Source: a bacterium (GTDB taxonomy: Bacteria > Bacillota_I > Bacilli_A > RFN20 > CAG-288). Taken from it: 64,000 nt of DNA. Of this stretch, positions 38,607 to 48,513 are shown in pieces (the stretch's first letter is position 1; the number at the start of each line of letters is the position of its first letter). Where the stretch lies: NCBI GenBank assembly GCA_963621825.1, contig CAVFFP010000004.1:71718-135717 (forward strand), written 5' to 3'. The notes under the pieces were generated by a model. That model was not told the DNA's origin. It worked only from the letters and a program-made list of their open reading frames with translations, and searched no databases. A program made the translations under genes and the position numbers.

Positions 38607-40552
38607 AAAACAGCATGCTGAAAGTTAGCCTTGTCGTTCCGAAGATGAAAGTCGGTGATGTGACCTATAATGCAAATGAGATCATCTCTATGCTGCATCA
38701 GATATCCAATAATACTGCCATTGCTCTTTTTCCGGAACTTTCCTTGACTGGATATACGGCTCAGGATCTCTTTTTTCAGTTGCCATTACTAAATGAGACG
38801 GAACAAGCGATTCATCTAATTAAAAAAGAAACGAAAAGTTTAGATACCCTTGTTGTCATCGGTGCCCCTTTAAGAAAAGGAAATAAGTTATATAACTGTG
38901 CTGTCTTTATTCATCATGGAAAAATCATTGCGGTAGTTCCGAAATCCTATGTTCCAAATTATGGTGAATTTTATGAAAGACGTTGGTTTGATTCCGGGAA
39001 AGACATTAAGAAGGATACGATTGCTATTCTCAATGATGTCGTTCCTTTTGGAACTGATATCCTTATTGAAGATAGTAATAGTGTAGCTAGAATCGGTGCT
39101 GAAATCTGTGAGGATCTTTGGGTTGTGGATAAGCCGAGCAATCACATCGCTTTAGCGGGTGGAAATATCATCCTGAATCTTTCTGCTAGTGATGAGACAA
39201 TTCAGAAATCAGAATACAGAAGAAACTTAGTTTCCGTTCAGTCTGCAACGACGTATTCCGCTTATCTATATTGTTCCTCTGGAAATGAGGAAAGCAGTAC
39301 TGACCTTGTCTTTTCCGGTCACTGCATGATTGCAGAGAACGGAACAATGCTGAAAGAAAAGAAATACAGTGAAGCTGGTTCTATTCTTACTGCAATCATC
39401 GACTTAGATAAGATTGAATACAATCGACTTCATCAGATGACCTTTGAAAACAGCAAGGAAGAATATCGACATATTTCTGTTTCTCTTCCTTCTTATTTTT
39501 TAGGTGATGGTGTCGTTGAGAAAGCGAAACAGTTAAACGAGGATTCTTATCCTATCTCCCGTTATCCTTTCGTTCCTAGTAAAGAGGAAGAGAGAAAGAA
39601 CCGTTCTCTTGAAATTCTTCAGATTCAGGCACATGGTTTAGCGACTAGAGTCAAGAACACAGGGCTGAAGAATCTTGTCATCGGTATATCTGGCGGACTA
39701 GATTCGACATTGGCTCTTCTTGTTGCTAGCGAAGCAAAGAAGATCATTCCGGATATCCATATCATCGGTGTCACGATGCCAAATACTGGAAATACCTCCT
39801 CTGTCACATATGAGAATTCTTTATCCCTGTTAGATCAGTTAGCGGATGAGAAGAAAGAAGTAGTCATCACAAGGACAGTAAAAGACCATCTCGAAGATAT
39901 CGGACATTCCTTAGACTATAACGGAGAAGGAGATGTCGCCTATGAGAATGCACAGGCAAGATATCGTACTTATGTGTTGATGGACTTGGCCAATATGAAT
40001 CATGGCCTTGTAGTCGGTACCGGGGATTTAAGTGAGCTCGCTTTAGGCTGGTGTACTTATAACGGAGACCATATGTCGATGTACGGAGTCAATTCCTCCG
40101 TTCCAAAGACACTAGTCAAATACATTGTAGAAACCTACGCAAACTATTTAAGCTCTGAGAAGCTGAAGAACACACTTTTAAGTATTATCGATACTCCAAT
40201 CTCTCCGGAACTTACTCCGAACAAGGACGGAAAGATTGAACAGAAGACAGAGGATAAGATTGGAAAATATGATTTGAATGATTTCTTCCTCTATTATGTT
40301 CTTCGTTATGGGTATGACGCAGAGAAGATAATCGTCTTTGCTCTTGCTGCCTATCCGGAATTGAATTTAGAGACAGTAAAAGATGCTTTGATCCGTTTCT
40401 TTCAGAGGTTTTATTCCCAACAATTCAAGAGAAGCTGTCTTCCGGACGGGGTGAAAGTTGGTAGTGTTACTCTTTCTCCTCGCGGTGACTTCAGAATGCC
40501 AAGTGATGCTAGTAGCAGAATGATGGTTGAAAAAATCAAAGATTGTAAGTGA
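38603..40552 (+). CDS. nadE: Glutamine-dependent NAD+ synthetase (nitrilase domain + NAD synthase domain)
   Basis: 649 aa. SGGLDST PP-loop motif in the C-terminal half and an N-terminal CN-hydrolase domain. Overlaps nadD by 4 nt. Confidence 0.9.
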   Translation: MKNSMLKVSLVVPKMKVGDVTYNANEIISMLHQISNNTAIALFPELSLTGYTAQDLFFQLPLLNETEQAIHLIKKETKSLDTLVVIGAPLRKGNKLYNCAVFIHHGKIIAVVPKSYVPNYGEFYERRWFDSGKDIKKDTIAILNDVVPFGTDILIEDSNSVARIGAEICEDLWVVDKPSNHIALAGGNIILNLSASDETIQKSEYRRNLVSVQSATTYSAYLYCSSGNEESSTDLVFSGHCMIAENGTMLKEKKYSEAGSILTAIIDLDKIEYNRLHQMTFENSKEEYRHISVSLPSYFLGDGVVEKAKQLNEDSYPISRYPFVPSKEEERKNRSLEILQIQAHGLATRVKNTGLKNLVIGISGGLDSTLALLVASEAKKIIPDIHIIGVTMPNTGNTSSVTYENSLSLLDQLADEKKEVVITRTVKDHLEDIGHSLDYNGEGDVAYENAQARYRTYVLMDLANMNHGLVVGTGDLSELALGWCTYNGDHMSMYGVNSSVPKTLVKYIVETYANYLSSEKLKNTLLSIIDTPISPELTPNKDGKIEQKTEDKIGKYDLNDFFLYYVLRYGYDAEKIIVFALAAYPELNLETVKDALIRFFQRFYSQQFKRSCLPDGVKVGSVTLSPRGDFRMPSDASSRMMVEKIKDCK

Positions 40553-40729
40553 TATACATCCTTATCTGGGAATCATATGGAATCTTCTTCCGTATTCTTA
40601 ATCTTCTCAGTATTAGCGGTATTGTCACATCCTTAGTGCTTTTCCTAGAAAACAGAAAAATGTGATTGGCTGAAACATCAAAAAAGACTGCCACAATTGC
40701 GTAGCAGCCTTTTTAGGTTCTGAGTTAGA

Positions 40730-41875
40730 TTACATCAACTTCATGAAGAGAGCCTTGACATCATCGTGAGTGGCTTCTCTCGGGTTGCCAGGATAGCAGG
40801 CATCCTTAAGAGCATCACGTGAGATGTTGTCAAGGTCTTCAACTTTGATTTCAGCGCACTTTTCAGGGATGCCGACATCCTTGGACAACTGCTTAACAGC
40901 GTTGATGGCTGCAAGGCGGTATTCATCTTGAGTCATAGCATCGACATTCTTGACGCCTAAGGCAATGGCGATGTCTTTGTACTTGGTTCCAGAGACAGGA
41001 GCATTGAATTCCATGGCGATAGGAAGAAGCATGGCACATGCTTTTCCATGTGGAACATCATAATAGGCAGAAAGGGTATGAGCCATAGCATGATCGATAC
41101 CTAAGCCGACATTGGAGAAGCCCATGCCAGCAATATACTGACCTAAAGCCATTCCTTCTCTTCCGTCAGGATCATTGTTGACGGCAGCTCTAAGGTTCTT
41201 TCCGATGATTTCGATAGCCTTGATGTGGAACATATCGGACATCTCCCAAGCACCTCTTGTGATATAGCCTTCAATGGCGTGAGTCAAGGCATCCATGCCG
41301 GTGAAAGCGGTGAGGCCCTTCGGCATAGAGGACATCATATCAGGATCGACGAAAGCGACAACAGGAATGTCATGAACATCGACGCAGACGAACTTTCTGA
41401 CCTTTTCGGTATCGGTGATGACATAGTTGATGGTAACTTCAGCGGCAGTACCGGCAGTTGTCGGAACGGCGAAGATCGGAAGGGCAGGCTTCTTTGTCGG
41501 AGCAACACCTTCCAAGGAGCGGACATCGGCGAATTCCGGGTTGGTCATGATGATACCGATAGCCTTGGCGGTATCCATGGAGGAACCACCACCGATAGCT
41601 AAGAGATAATCAGCTCCTGCTTTTTTGCAGGCTTCGACACCGGATGTGACGTTTTCGATGGTCGGATTGGGTTTGATGTTGGTGTAGAGTTCATAGTCGA
41701 GGTTGGCCTTGTCGAGGAGGTCGGTGACCTTCTTGCTGACACCGAACTGAACTAAGGACGGATCTGTGCAGACAAGTGCTTTCTTGAAACCACGTGTTTT
41801 GGCTTCCGTGACGATGTTTTCGATTGCACCATGTCCGTGATAGGAGACTTCATTCAAAACAAAACGATTTGCCAT
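40730..41875 (-). CDS. fucO: Lactaldehyde reductase / 1,2-propanediol oxidoreductase (Fe-dependent ADH)
   Basis: 381 aa. Near-colinear with E. coli FucO: MANRxxLNE, GADYLxAIGGGS, IGIIxxNPEFADVRSLEG, TGxDALTHAIEGYITRGAW, GNPREAT. AAAGGAG RBS upstream. Confidence 0.9.
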   Translation of the reverse strand: MANRFVLNEVSYHGHGAIENIVTEAKTRGFKKALVCTDPSLVQFGVSKKVTDLLDKANLDYELYTNIKPNPTIENVTSGVEACKKAGADYLLAIGGGSSMDTAKAIGIIMTNPEFADVRSLEGVAPTKKPALPIFAVPTTAGTAAEVTINYVITDTEKVRKFVCVDVHDIPVVAFVDPDMMSSMPKGLTAFTGMDALTHAIEGYITRGAWEMSDMFHIKAIEIIGKNLRAAVNNDPDGREGMALGQYIAGMGFSNVGLGIDHAMAHTLSAYYDVPHGKACAMLLPIAMEFNAPVSGTKYKDIAIALGVKNVDAMTQDEYRLAAINAVKQLSKDVGIPEKCAEIKVEDLDNISRDALKDACYPGNPREATHDDVKALFMKLM

Positions 41876-41956
41876 AATTGGCTCCTTTCTATTGGATACT
41901 GCTATTATAGTCGACTGATTTCTTGTTTGCTAATAAAGATTTGGGGATAGAATGGC

Positions 41957-41980
41957 TTTATAATTGTTAACAATTATAAA
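41957..41980. promoter_or_regulatory. Perfect 24-bp palindrome upstream of fucO (candidate operator)
   Basis: tttataattgttaacaattataaa equals its own reverse complement. It lies about 80-105 nt upstream of the fucO ATG. Confidence 0.4.
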
Positions 41981-42103
41981 TAAATTCGCATTGAAAAAAA
42001 CTTGATCTTTTACAAGGCAGGGACAATGATTTGAGGTATTCTTTATCTTTAAAATGCTTAGTCTAGTTTGATGAGATTACAAAAGCAATTAGTGTTTTTA
42101 CGG

Positions 42104-42862
42104 TCAGTATATCAACGTAATGTTGTTTTCTTTGCAAAATTCGATATATTTGTCGTCTGGTTTCTTGTCTGTGATCAGGTAATCGACTTTAGAAAGCGGA
42201 CATGTCAAAAAGAATCCTTTCTTTTCAAATTTTCCGGATTCGCATAAAAGAATGGTACAGTCGCTGTTCTCCATCATTTTCACTTTGATTTCTGCCTGCT
42301 CCTGAGTAGTTTCCATGACACCATAATCCAAATTCACACCAGTACAGGACATGATTGCGTAATTGCAGTGTATTCTAGACAGTGTGGATATGACCATGTT
42401 TCCGACGACGGATACGCTCCTTGAATTCAGATAGCCAGGCAAAAGGAGAACCTGAGAACTGGTTTCCTGTGATAATAGTAATGCGCCTTTTACACCATTG
42501 GTGACGACGTTTAGGTTGTGGCAGCTCTTGAAGAAAGGAACCAAAAATGTGACAGTACTGGATGAATCTAAGAAAATGGAGGAATTGTCTTTGATTAATT
42601 CGGAGCATAACTCACACATATATCTCTTTTCTTTGATGTTTGTGTTTTCACGGAAGAGAATGGAAGATTCCTCATTCGGTGATTCCTGAAGGATGACGCC
42701 TCCGAATGTTCTCTGGACTAGGCCTCTTTTTTCCATATGTGTGAGATCTCTTCGAATCGTTGCACTGGAAACGTAGAGAAGCTTGGTTAGCTTTTCAACA
42801 GAAATGGATTTTTTCTCCTTGAGAATTTCGAGAATCTTTTCTTGTCTCTCTAAATCGTACAT
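42104..42862 (-). CDS. DeoR-family transcriptional regulator (RhaR-like, sugar catabolism)
   Basis: 252 aa. N-terminal HTH (ISVEKLTKLLYVSSATIRRDL) and a DeoR C-terminal sugar-binding domain. Divergent from rhaA. Confidence 0.8.
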   Translation of the reverse strand: MYDLERQEKILEILKEKKSISVEKLTKLLYVSSATIRRDLTHMEKRGLVQRTFGGVILQESPNEESSILFRENTNIKEKRYMCELCSELIKDNSSIFLDSSSTVTFLVPFFKSCHNLNVVTNGVKGALLLSQETSSQVLLLPGYLNSRSVSVVGNMVISTLSRIHCNYAIMSCTGVNLDYGVMETTQEQAEIKVKMMENSDCTILLCESGKFEKKGFFLTCPLSKVDYLITDKKPDDKYIEFCKENNITLIY

Positions 42863-43163
42863 GATTTCATTATAATTTATAATTGATAAAAATCAATCAC
42901 ATATTGAAGTACAAATCGAACAAAGAATGCAAATTTAGGCATTATGTAACATATAACGTGATTATATATAATTGAATGTGATTGAAATATGAGTGCTTTA
43001 AGATTGTTTATCTATGCCACAAACAAATATATAACGAATCATTCCTATCGAATATAATAAAAGAACCATAAGGGAACAGCTGACTGGTTTTATTCCATCA
43101 AAGAATGATGAAGAGCTAACTAGGTTCAGCGAACGAATGTGGTTAAAAAGGAGAAAACAAAGT

Positions 43164-44420
43164 ATGGATGCAAAAATTGAGGAAAAGTATCTTCTTGCCA
43201 AAGAAGAATACACCAAGATCGGTGTAGACACCGATGAAGCAATCAGAAAACTGTCAGAGCAGAGAATCTCTTTACACTGCTGGCAGGGTGATGATGTTCG
43301 TGGCTTCTTGTTCAATAAAGAGGCGAGCGGGGGCATTCAGGCAACCGGAAATTACCCTGGAAGAAGCAGAACAATCTCTGAACTGAGAGCAGATATCAAG
43401 GAAGTATTGTCTTTGCTCCCGGGTAAATATAAACTCAATTTGCATGCTATCTATGCAGATACCGATGAAAAGATCGATTTGGATGAAATCGAACCGAGAC
43501 ATTTTGCTTCTTGGGTTGACTTTGCAAAAGAAAATGATTTAGGACTCGACTTCAATCCCACCTGTTTCTCTCATCCGATGGCAGATACTGGATTCACCCT
43601 TTCTTCTAGCGATGATACCATCCGTAATTTCTGGATTGAACACTGCAAAAGAAGCAGAAAGATCGGTGAATACTTCGGTAAGGAATTAGGTATCCCCTGT
43701 GTTACCAACATCTGGATTCCGGATGGAATGAAAGATGTTCCCTATAACCGTCTTGATCCTAGAAAGAGATTAGAAGCATCCTTGGATGAAATCTTGAAGG
43801 AAAAAATCGATACAAAATACAATATTGACTCTGTTGAATCTAAGCTCTTCGGTATCGGCTTGGAATCCTACACCGTTGGAAGCAATGAATTCTATTTAGG
43901 ATATGCGGTCAAGAATCAGACCTGTCTTACTTTGGATAGCGGACATTTCCATCCGACGGAAGTCATCAGCGATAAGATTTCTTCTGTCTTGCTTTATGTC
44001 CCGCACCTTCTTCTCCATGTTTCCCGTCCTGTCAGATGGGATTCTGACCATGTTGTCTTATTCGATGATGAACTCAATGAGATTGCACGCTCTTTAGTCA
44101 GAAGCGGATTGATTGAAAAGACCTCCATCGGTTTGGATTACTTCGATGCGTCCATCAACCGTATTGCAGCATGGACTGTCGGCGTCCGTTCCACTTTGAA
44201 AGCATTATTGAAAGCTTATCTTGAACCTGTTGCGGAGTTGAATGAGATTGAAAGAAAAGCAAATTATACAGACAGAATGATTTTGACGGAAGAGATGAAA
44301 TCTATGCCGTTTGGTGATGTCTTCAACTATTATCTGGCTAAGAACAATGTTCCTGTCGGACTCGATTTCATGAAAGAAGTTCATCGTTACGAAGAAGAAG
44401 TCTTATCTAAGAGAAAGTAA
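43164..44420 (+). CDS. rhaA: L-rhamnose isomerase
   Basis: 419 aa from the ATG at 43164 (AAAAAGGAGAAAA RBS). SLHCWQGDDVRGF matches the RhaA N-terminal region. The ORF-track start at 43137 is less likely. Confidence 0.9.
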   Translation: MDAKIEEKYLLAKEEYTKIGVDTDEAIRKLSEQRISLHCWQGDDVRGFLFNKEASGGIQATGNYPGRSRTISELRADIKEVLSLLPGKYKLNLHAIYADTDEKIDLDEIEPRHFASWVDFAKENDLGLDFNPTCFSHPMADTGFTLSSSDDTIRNFWIEHCKRSRKIGEYFGKELGIPCVTNIWIPDGMKDVPYNRLDPRKRLEASLDEILKEKIDTKYNIDSVESKLFGIGLESYTVGSNEFYLGYAVKNQTCLTLDSGHFHPTEVISDKISSVLLYVPHLLLHVSRPVRWDSDHVVLFDDELNEIARSLVRSGLIEKTSIGLDYFDASINRIAAWTVGVRSTLKALLKAYLEPVAELNEIERKANYTDRMILTEEMKSMPFGDVFNYYLAKNNVPVGLDFMKEVHRYEEEVLSKRK

Positions 44421-44430
44421 GGAAAACAGA

Positions 44431-45246
44431 ATGAAAAATATTTTAGAAAATCCAATCGTCGAAGAAGCGATTGAAATCATTGACAATATGTATCGTTTGG
44501 GCTGGGATGAAAGAAACGGCGGAAATGTATCCTATCTTCTGAAGGAAGAGGAAATCAAAGACTATCTTGATCTGAATCATGTCCTCCGCACTTTTCCGCT
44601 TCATCTCGATGCTAGTGCAGTGAAAGGCAAATATTTCCTTGCAACAGGCACCGGGAAATACTTCAGAAACACCAAGAGAAAACCGGACGAATGCTTAGGC
44701 ATCTTCCGTATCTCTGAAGACGGAAAAGATGCTGAGCTCCTTTGGGGTTATTCCGATGGCGGAAGAGCAACAAGCGAACTCTATGCTCACCTTCTTTGCC
44801 ATATTGAAAGACTGAAAACAAATCCGAATCAGAGAGTTGTCATCCATACCCATCCGACCAATACTGTTGCGTTAAGCCACGTCCTTCCGAATGACGAACG
44901 AATCTGGACAAGAACCTTATGGAAGATCATGTCCGAAAGTATCGTTGTCTTCCCGGAAGGTGTCAGTGTTCTTCCTTGGATGCTATGCGGAACCTATGAA
45001 ATCGGTGCTGCTACAGCCGAAAAGATGAAAGAATCCAGAATCGTCATTTGGGGATTACATGGAATCTATGGTGCTGGTGATACGATTGATGAGGCTTTTG
45101 GATTGATTGAGACAGTGGAAAAAGCTGCTGAAGTCTATCTCAAATACGCCAATCTGAACTGTGTCAATGATATCTCTGATGCAGGTTTGAAGGAACTTGC
45201 TGACTTCTTCAAAGTCACACCTAAGAAAGGATATCTTGACCTTTGA
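44431..45246 (+). CDS. rhaD: Rhamnulose-1-phosphate aldolase (class II aldolase)
   Basis: 271 aa. GWDERNGGN and GTGKYFRN match E. coli RhaD. Conserved HTH metal ligands. Confidence 0.9.
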   Translation: MKNILENPIVEEAIEIIDNMYRLGWDERNGGNVSYLLKEEEIKDYLDLNHVLRTFPLHLDASAVKGKYFLATGTGKYFRNTKRKPDECLGIFRISEDGKDAELLWGYSDGGRATSELYAHLLCHIERLKTNPNQRVVIHTHPTNTVALSHVLPNDERIWTRTLWKIMSESIVVFPEGVSVLPWMLCGTYEIGAATAEKMKESRIVIWGLHGIYGAGDTIDEAFGLIETVEKAAEVYLKYANLNCVNDISDAGLKELADFFKVTPKKGYLDL

Positions 45247-46559
45247 TGAAAGGCTATATCGCTATTGACATCGGTGCTTCAAGCGGTAGACATATCTTTT
45301 ACTATCAGAAAGATGGTAAATGGGAAGGCTTTGAATTACATCGATTCAAAAATGAAATCATAAAAAAAGATAATCATCTATTTTGGAATACCAAACAGCT
45401 TGAAAAAGAACTGATTGTCGGATTGAAGAACGCAAAAGAAAAAGACTTGGAAGTTTTGTCTATCGGTATCGACACATTCGGTGTCGATTACGCTCTTCTC
45501 GATTCAGATGACAGTTTAGTCCGCGAAGTTTACTGCTATCAGGATAGAGCGAATATTGAAAGCAAAGAAGAAGTACTTTCTGATTTTAAGGAAGAAGAAC
45601 TCTTTACCCTTTCTGGCACCTACCCTCAGTATTTCAATACTCTGTTTCAGCTGAAGAGAGATCAGAAAGAAGGCTACTTAAAAAAGACAAAGACGATTCT
45701 CTTCTTTGCATCCTATCTCTATTTCCTTCTTACCGGAAAGAAATACAATGAATTGTCTTTTGCTTCGACCAGTGGACTTTTAGAAAAGGGCACCGGTGAT
45801 TATTCTTCTGTTCTTCTTGCCTATTTAGGATTAGAAAAGAATCAGTTTGCCCCCTTCCTTAAACCAGGTGAAGAAATCGGTCTATTGAAGAATGAGATTA
45901 CTGAGAAAATCGGTTATCAGTGTAAGGTCATTATGACCTATACGCATGATACTGCTGCTTCTTGCTTTGGTGCTGATATCAAGAAAGGCGAACTCTTCCT
46001 TTCAAGTGGTACCTGGTCTTTACTTGGTGCGATGGAAAAAGAGTATCATATCGAGCAACAATCCTTTGATAACGGATTTACAAATGAACTGAATGATCAA
46101 GACCAAATCCGTTTCTTAAAGAACATTGTAGGTATGAAGTTGATCAATCAGGTCAAAGAGGAAGTCTGTCCTGACAAAGATATCACGGAAATAGTGAAAG
46201 AAGCCGAACAAGGAAAAGATTATCCATATACGTTTGATGCCTCCGATTCAAAATTCCTTTCGCCTGTTTCTATGAAAGAAGAAATTCTTTCTGACTTTAA
46301 AACCAACAATGTTCCGCTTCCGGAAAACGATGCTCAATTATTCTATGCGATATATCATTCCTTGGCTTTGCAGTATAAAAAGGCCGTAGAAGAAATCGAA
46401 AAGATAACGGGAAAGAGTTATTCTACACTCTGTATATTCGGTGGTGGAAATAAGAATCTCTTATTGGATAAAATGACAGAAAAACTGACTTGTAAAAAAG
46501 TCAGATTAGGTCCTAGTGAAGCGACATCATTCGGGAATCTCTTAGGACAGATAAAGTAG
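45243..46559 (+). CDS. rhaB: Rhamnulokinase (FGGY-family carbohydrate kinase)
   Basis: 438 aa. FGGY N-terminal IAIDIGASSGR and C-terminal GGG motif. Overlaps rhaD by 4 nt. Confidence 0.8.
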   Translation: MMKGYIAIDIGASSGRHIFYYQKDGKWEGFELHRFKNEIIKKDNHLFWNTKQLEKELIVGLKNAKEKDLEVLSIGIDTFGVDYALLDSDDSLVREVYCYQDRANIESKEEVLSDFKEEELFTLSGTYPQYFNTLFQLKRDQKEGYLKKTKTILFFASYLYFLLTGKKYNELSFASTSGLLEKGTGDYSSVLLAYLGLEKNQFAPFLKPGEEIGLLKNEITEKIGYQCKVIMTYTHDTAASCFGADIKKGELFLSSGTWSLLGAMEKEYHIEQQSFDNGFTNELNDQDQIRFLKNIVGMKLINQVKEEVCPDKDITEIVKEAEQGKDYPYTFDASDSKFLSPVSMKEEILSDFKTNNVPLPENDAQLFYAIYHSLALQYKKAVEEIEKITGKSYSTLCIFGGGNKNLLLDKMTEKLTCKKVRLGPSEATSFGNLLGQIK

Positions 46560-46605
46560 TTAGACTTAAGGTATTCATTAAATGAATACTTAATGACATT
46601 TCAAT

Positions 46606-46636
46606 CAAAAAGCGGAGATTGCTCTCCGCTTTTTTG
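46606..46636. terminator. Bidirectional Rho-independent terminator
   Basis: Stem agcggaga / tctccgct with loop ttgc, flanked by A5 and T5 runs. Lies between convergent rhaB and the SDR gene. Confidence 0.65.
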
Positions 46637-46649
46637 AAGATAGATTGGT

Positions 46650-47438
46650 TTAGATGCAGGTATATCCGCCGTCGACAGCGATGATCTGACCGGTGACATA
46701 AGAGGACTCTTCTGCGCCTAAGAAGCAAGCACAGGAATTGAGTTCGCCTTCTTTACCATATCTCTGCATCGGAACAGACTGTTTTGCAAAAGCCTGGAAG
46801 TAGTCGCTGTCAAGAGTTGCAGTGGTAAGCTCTGTATAGAAATAACCAGGGCAGATAGCGTTGACGGTGATGCCAGTAGTGGCAAGTTCAGCGGCTAAGC
46901 CACGTGTGAAGTTGACAACGGCACCCTTGGATGTGTGATAGGCGATAGTCGGAATGGCAGTGTTGCCGACAAGTCCGAAGATGGAAGCGATGTTGATGAT
47001 ACGTCCATAGGACTGTGTTTTATTGTCGATGTTGGTCTTCATGAGATTTCCGAAAGCGCGGGAAACACGGAAGACAGAGGTGAGATCGAGATTCAATGTG
47101 AAGAGCCAGTCTTCATCCTTGTAATCTAAGGCCTTTGTTCCGGTACCTTTTTCACCGCCGGCGTCATTGACTAAGACTTCAGCATGTCCGAAGTGGTCCT
47201 TGACTGCTTTGACAGCATCATCGATAGATGCGTTATCGGTGATGTCGCAACGGACAGCGATGGCATCGACTCCGTATTTGTCCTTGAGTTCGGTAGAGAG
47301 AGCCTCTAATCTTTCGACTCTTCTTGCTAAAAGGGCTAAGGATGCTCCCTGTTTAGCGAATCCTTCGGCCATTTGTTTTCCAAGGCCAGAAGAAGCGCCG
47401 GTGATGACAACGACTTTTCCTTTGTAGTCAAACATGAA
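46650..47438 (-). CDS. Short-chain dehydrogenase/reductase (SDR) family oxidoreductase
   Basis: TGASSGLG cofactor motif and YxxxK catalytic motif. AGGAGG RBS 8 nt upstream of the ATG at 47438; the ORF-track extension to 47513 is rejected. Confidence 0.8.
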   Translation of the reverse strand, partial: FMFDYKGKVVVITGASSGLGKQMAEGFAKQGASLALLARRVERLEALSTELKDKYGVDAIAVRCDITDNASIDDAVKAVKDHFGHAEVLVNDAGGEKGTGTKALDYKDEDWLFTLNLDLTSVFRVSRAFGNLMKTNIDNKTQSYGRIINIASIFGLVGNTAIPTIAYHTSKGAVVNFTRGLAAELATTGITVNAICPGYFYTELTTATLDSDYFQAFAKQSVPMQRYGKEGELNSCACFLGAEESSYVTGQIIAVDGGYTCI

Positions 47439-47656
47439 ATGTATACCTCCTTGACTATTTAGATACTTAATATATAACACATTAGAAGTCGAAATTGAAT
47501 CGATTTTAGACAAATCTTGTGTGCTTGTTCAACATTAAAATTAAGTTGTTATTTTTGTCTTTTATGGTTTGTTCTTTACTTTTACCGATAATGAATGATG
47601 AAATTTGTTTTCTGTTTTTCTATAATTGTTCTTGTGTATTCATAGGAAGGTATTGT

Positions 47657-48466
47657 ATGAAAAACAAAAGAACTGGAAGAGTCGTATTGATCACAGGGGA
47701 GTCTTCTGGCTTTGGACTAGAGATGGCAAAGTTGTTTGTGAGGAATGGAGATATCGTATGTGGATTATCCACACACGAATTTGTCATGGATAACGTTTAC
47801 CATCAGGTCGGAGATATTTCTAAAGAGGAAGATTGCCATCGAGTCATTTCGAATATCATAGAGAAATACGGAAAAATCGATATCCTCATGAACAATGCTG
47901 GATTTGGAATCTTCTCCCCGATAGAAGAGACAAGCGTAGAAAAAGCAAAAAGACAGATGGATGTCACTTTCTTTGGCGCCTTTCTCATGGCAAAGGAAGT
48001 GCTTCCCTATATGAGAAAGCAAGGTGGCGGAAAAATCATCAACACCTCCTCTATCGGTGCTTTGATTCCTCTTCCGTTTCAGGCCTTCTACTCTGCTTCC
48101 AAAGCAGGAATGGATGTACTTTTTGATGCTTTAAGAGCGGAAGTCTATCCTTATCATATTCAGATCTGTTCTATTAAACCTGGGGATGCTAAGACTGAGT
48201 TTACAAAGAAAAGACAGAGTGAACTCACAAATCCAGATAGTCCCTATAAGGATGCGTTTGAGCATTGCCTGAAATCAGTCTCGAAAGATGAACAGAACGG
48301 AACACCAGCAAAAGTAATTGCATATCGTGCGTTTAAAGTATCAAAAAGAAGGAAACTGCCCTATACGATGAAGATTGGTGCAAAGGATGCCTTCTTATCT
48401 TCCTTGTATCATATCCTTCCTAGGAAGACGAGAAATTATCTTCTTTATAAGATTTACGCGAGTTAA
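47657..48466 (+). CDS. Short-chain dehydrogenase/reductase (SDR) family oxidoreductase
   Basis: VLITGESSGFGLEMAK, NNAG and YSASKAG motifs. Start at the ATG with GGAAGG upstream; the ORF-track start at 47519 is rejected. Confidence 0.75.
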   Translation: MKNKRTGRVVLITGESSGFGLEMAKLFVRNGDIVCGLSTHEFVMDNVYHQVGDISKEEDCHRVISNIIEKYGKIDILMNNAGFGIFSPIEETSVEKAKRQMDVTFFGAFLMAKEVLPYMRKQGGGKIINTSSIGALIPLPFQAFYSASKAGMDVLFDALRAEVYPYHIQICSIKPGDAKTEFTKKRQSELTNPDSPYKDAFEHCLKSVSKDEQNGTPAKVIAYRAFKVSKRRKLPYTMKIGAKDAFLSSLYHILPRKTRNYLLYKIYAS

Positions 48467-48503
48467 AAACAAAACGGCTGTCTTTAGACAGCCGTCATTT
48501 TTA
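48466..48503. terminator. Bidirectional Rho-independent terminator
   Basis: Stem acggctgtc / gacagccgt with a short loop, flanked by A- and T-runs. Lies between the convergent SDR gene and tcdA. Confidence 0.6.
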
Positions 48504-48513
48504 TATTGCCAAC

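Noticed and set aside
40680-40716. Possible hairpin between nadE and fucO
   Set aside because: Arms (aaaaagactgc / gcagccttttt) pair only with bulges. It is too weak to call a terminator with confidence, although an A-run and T-run flank it.
47439-47656. Upstream extensions of both divergent SDR ORFs (46650-47513 and 47519-48466 as listed)
   Set aside because: Both SDRs have their Gly-rich NAD(P)-binding motif about 10 residues after internal ATGs with RBS. The extensions would cover the shared promoter region.
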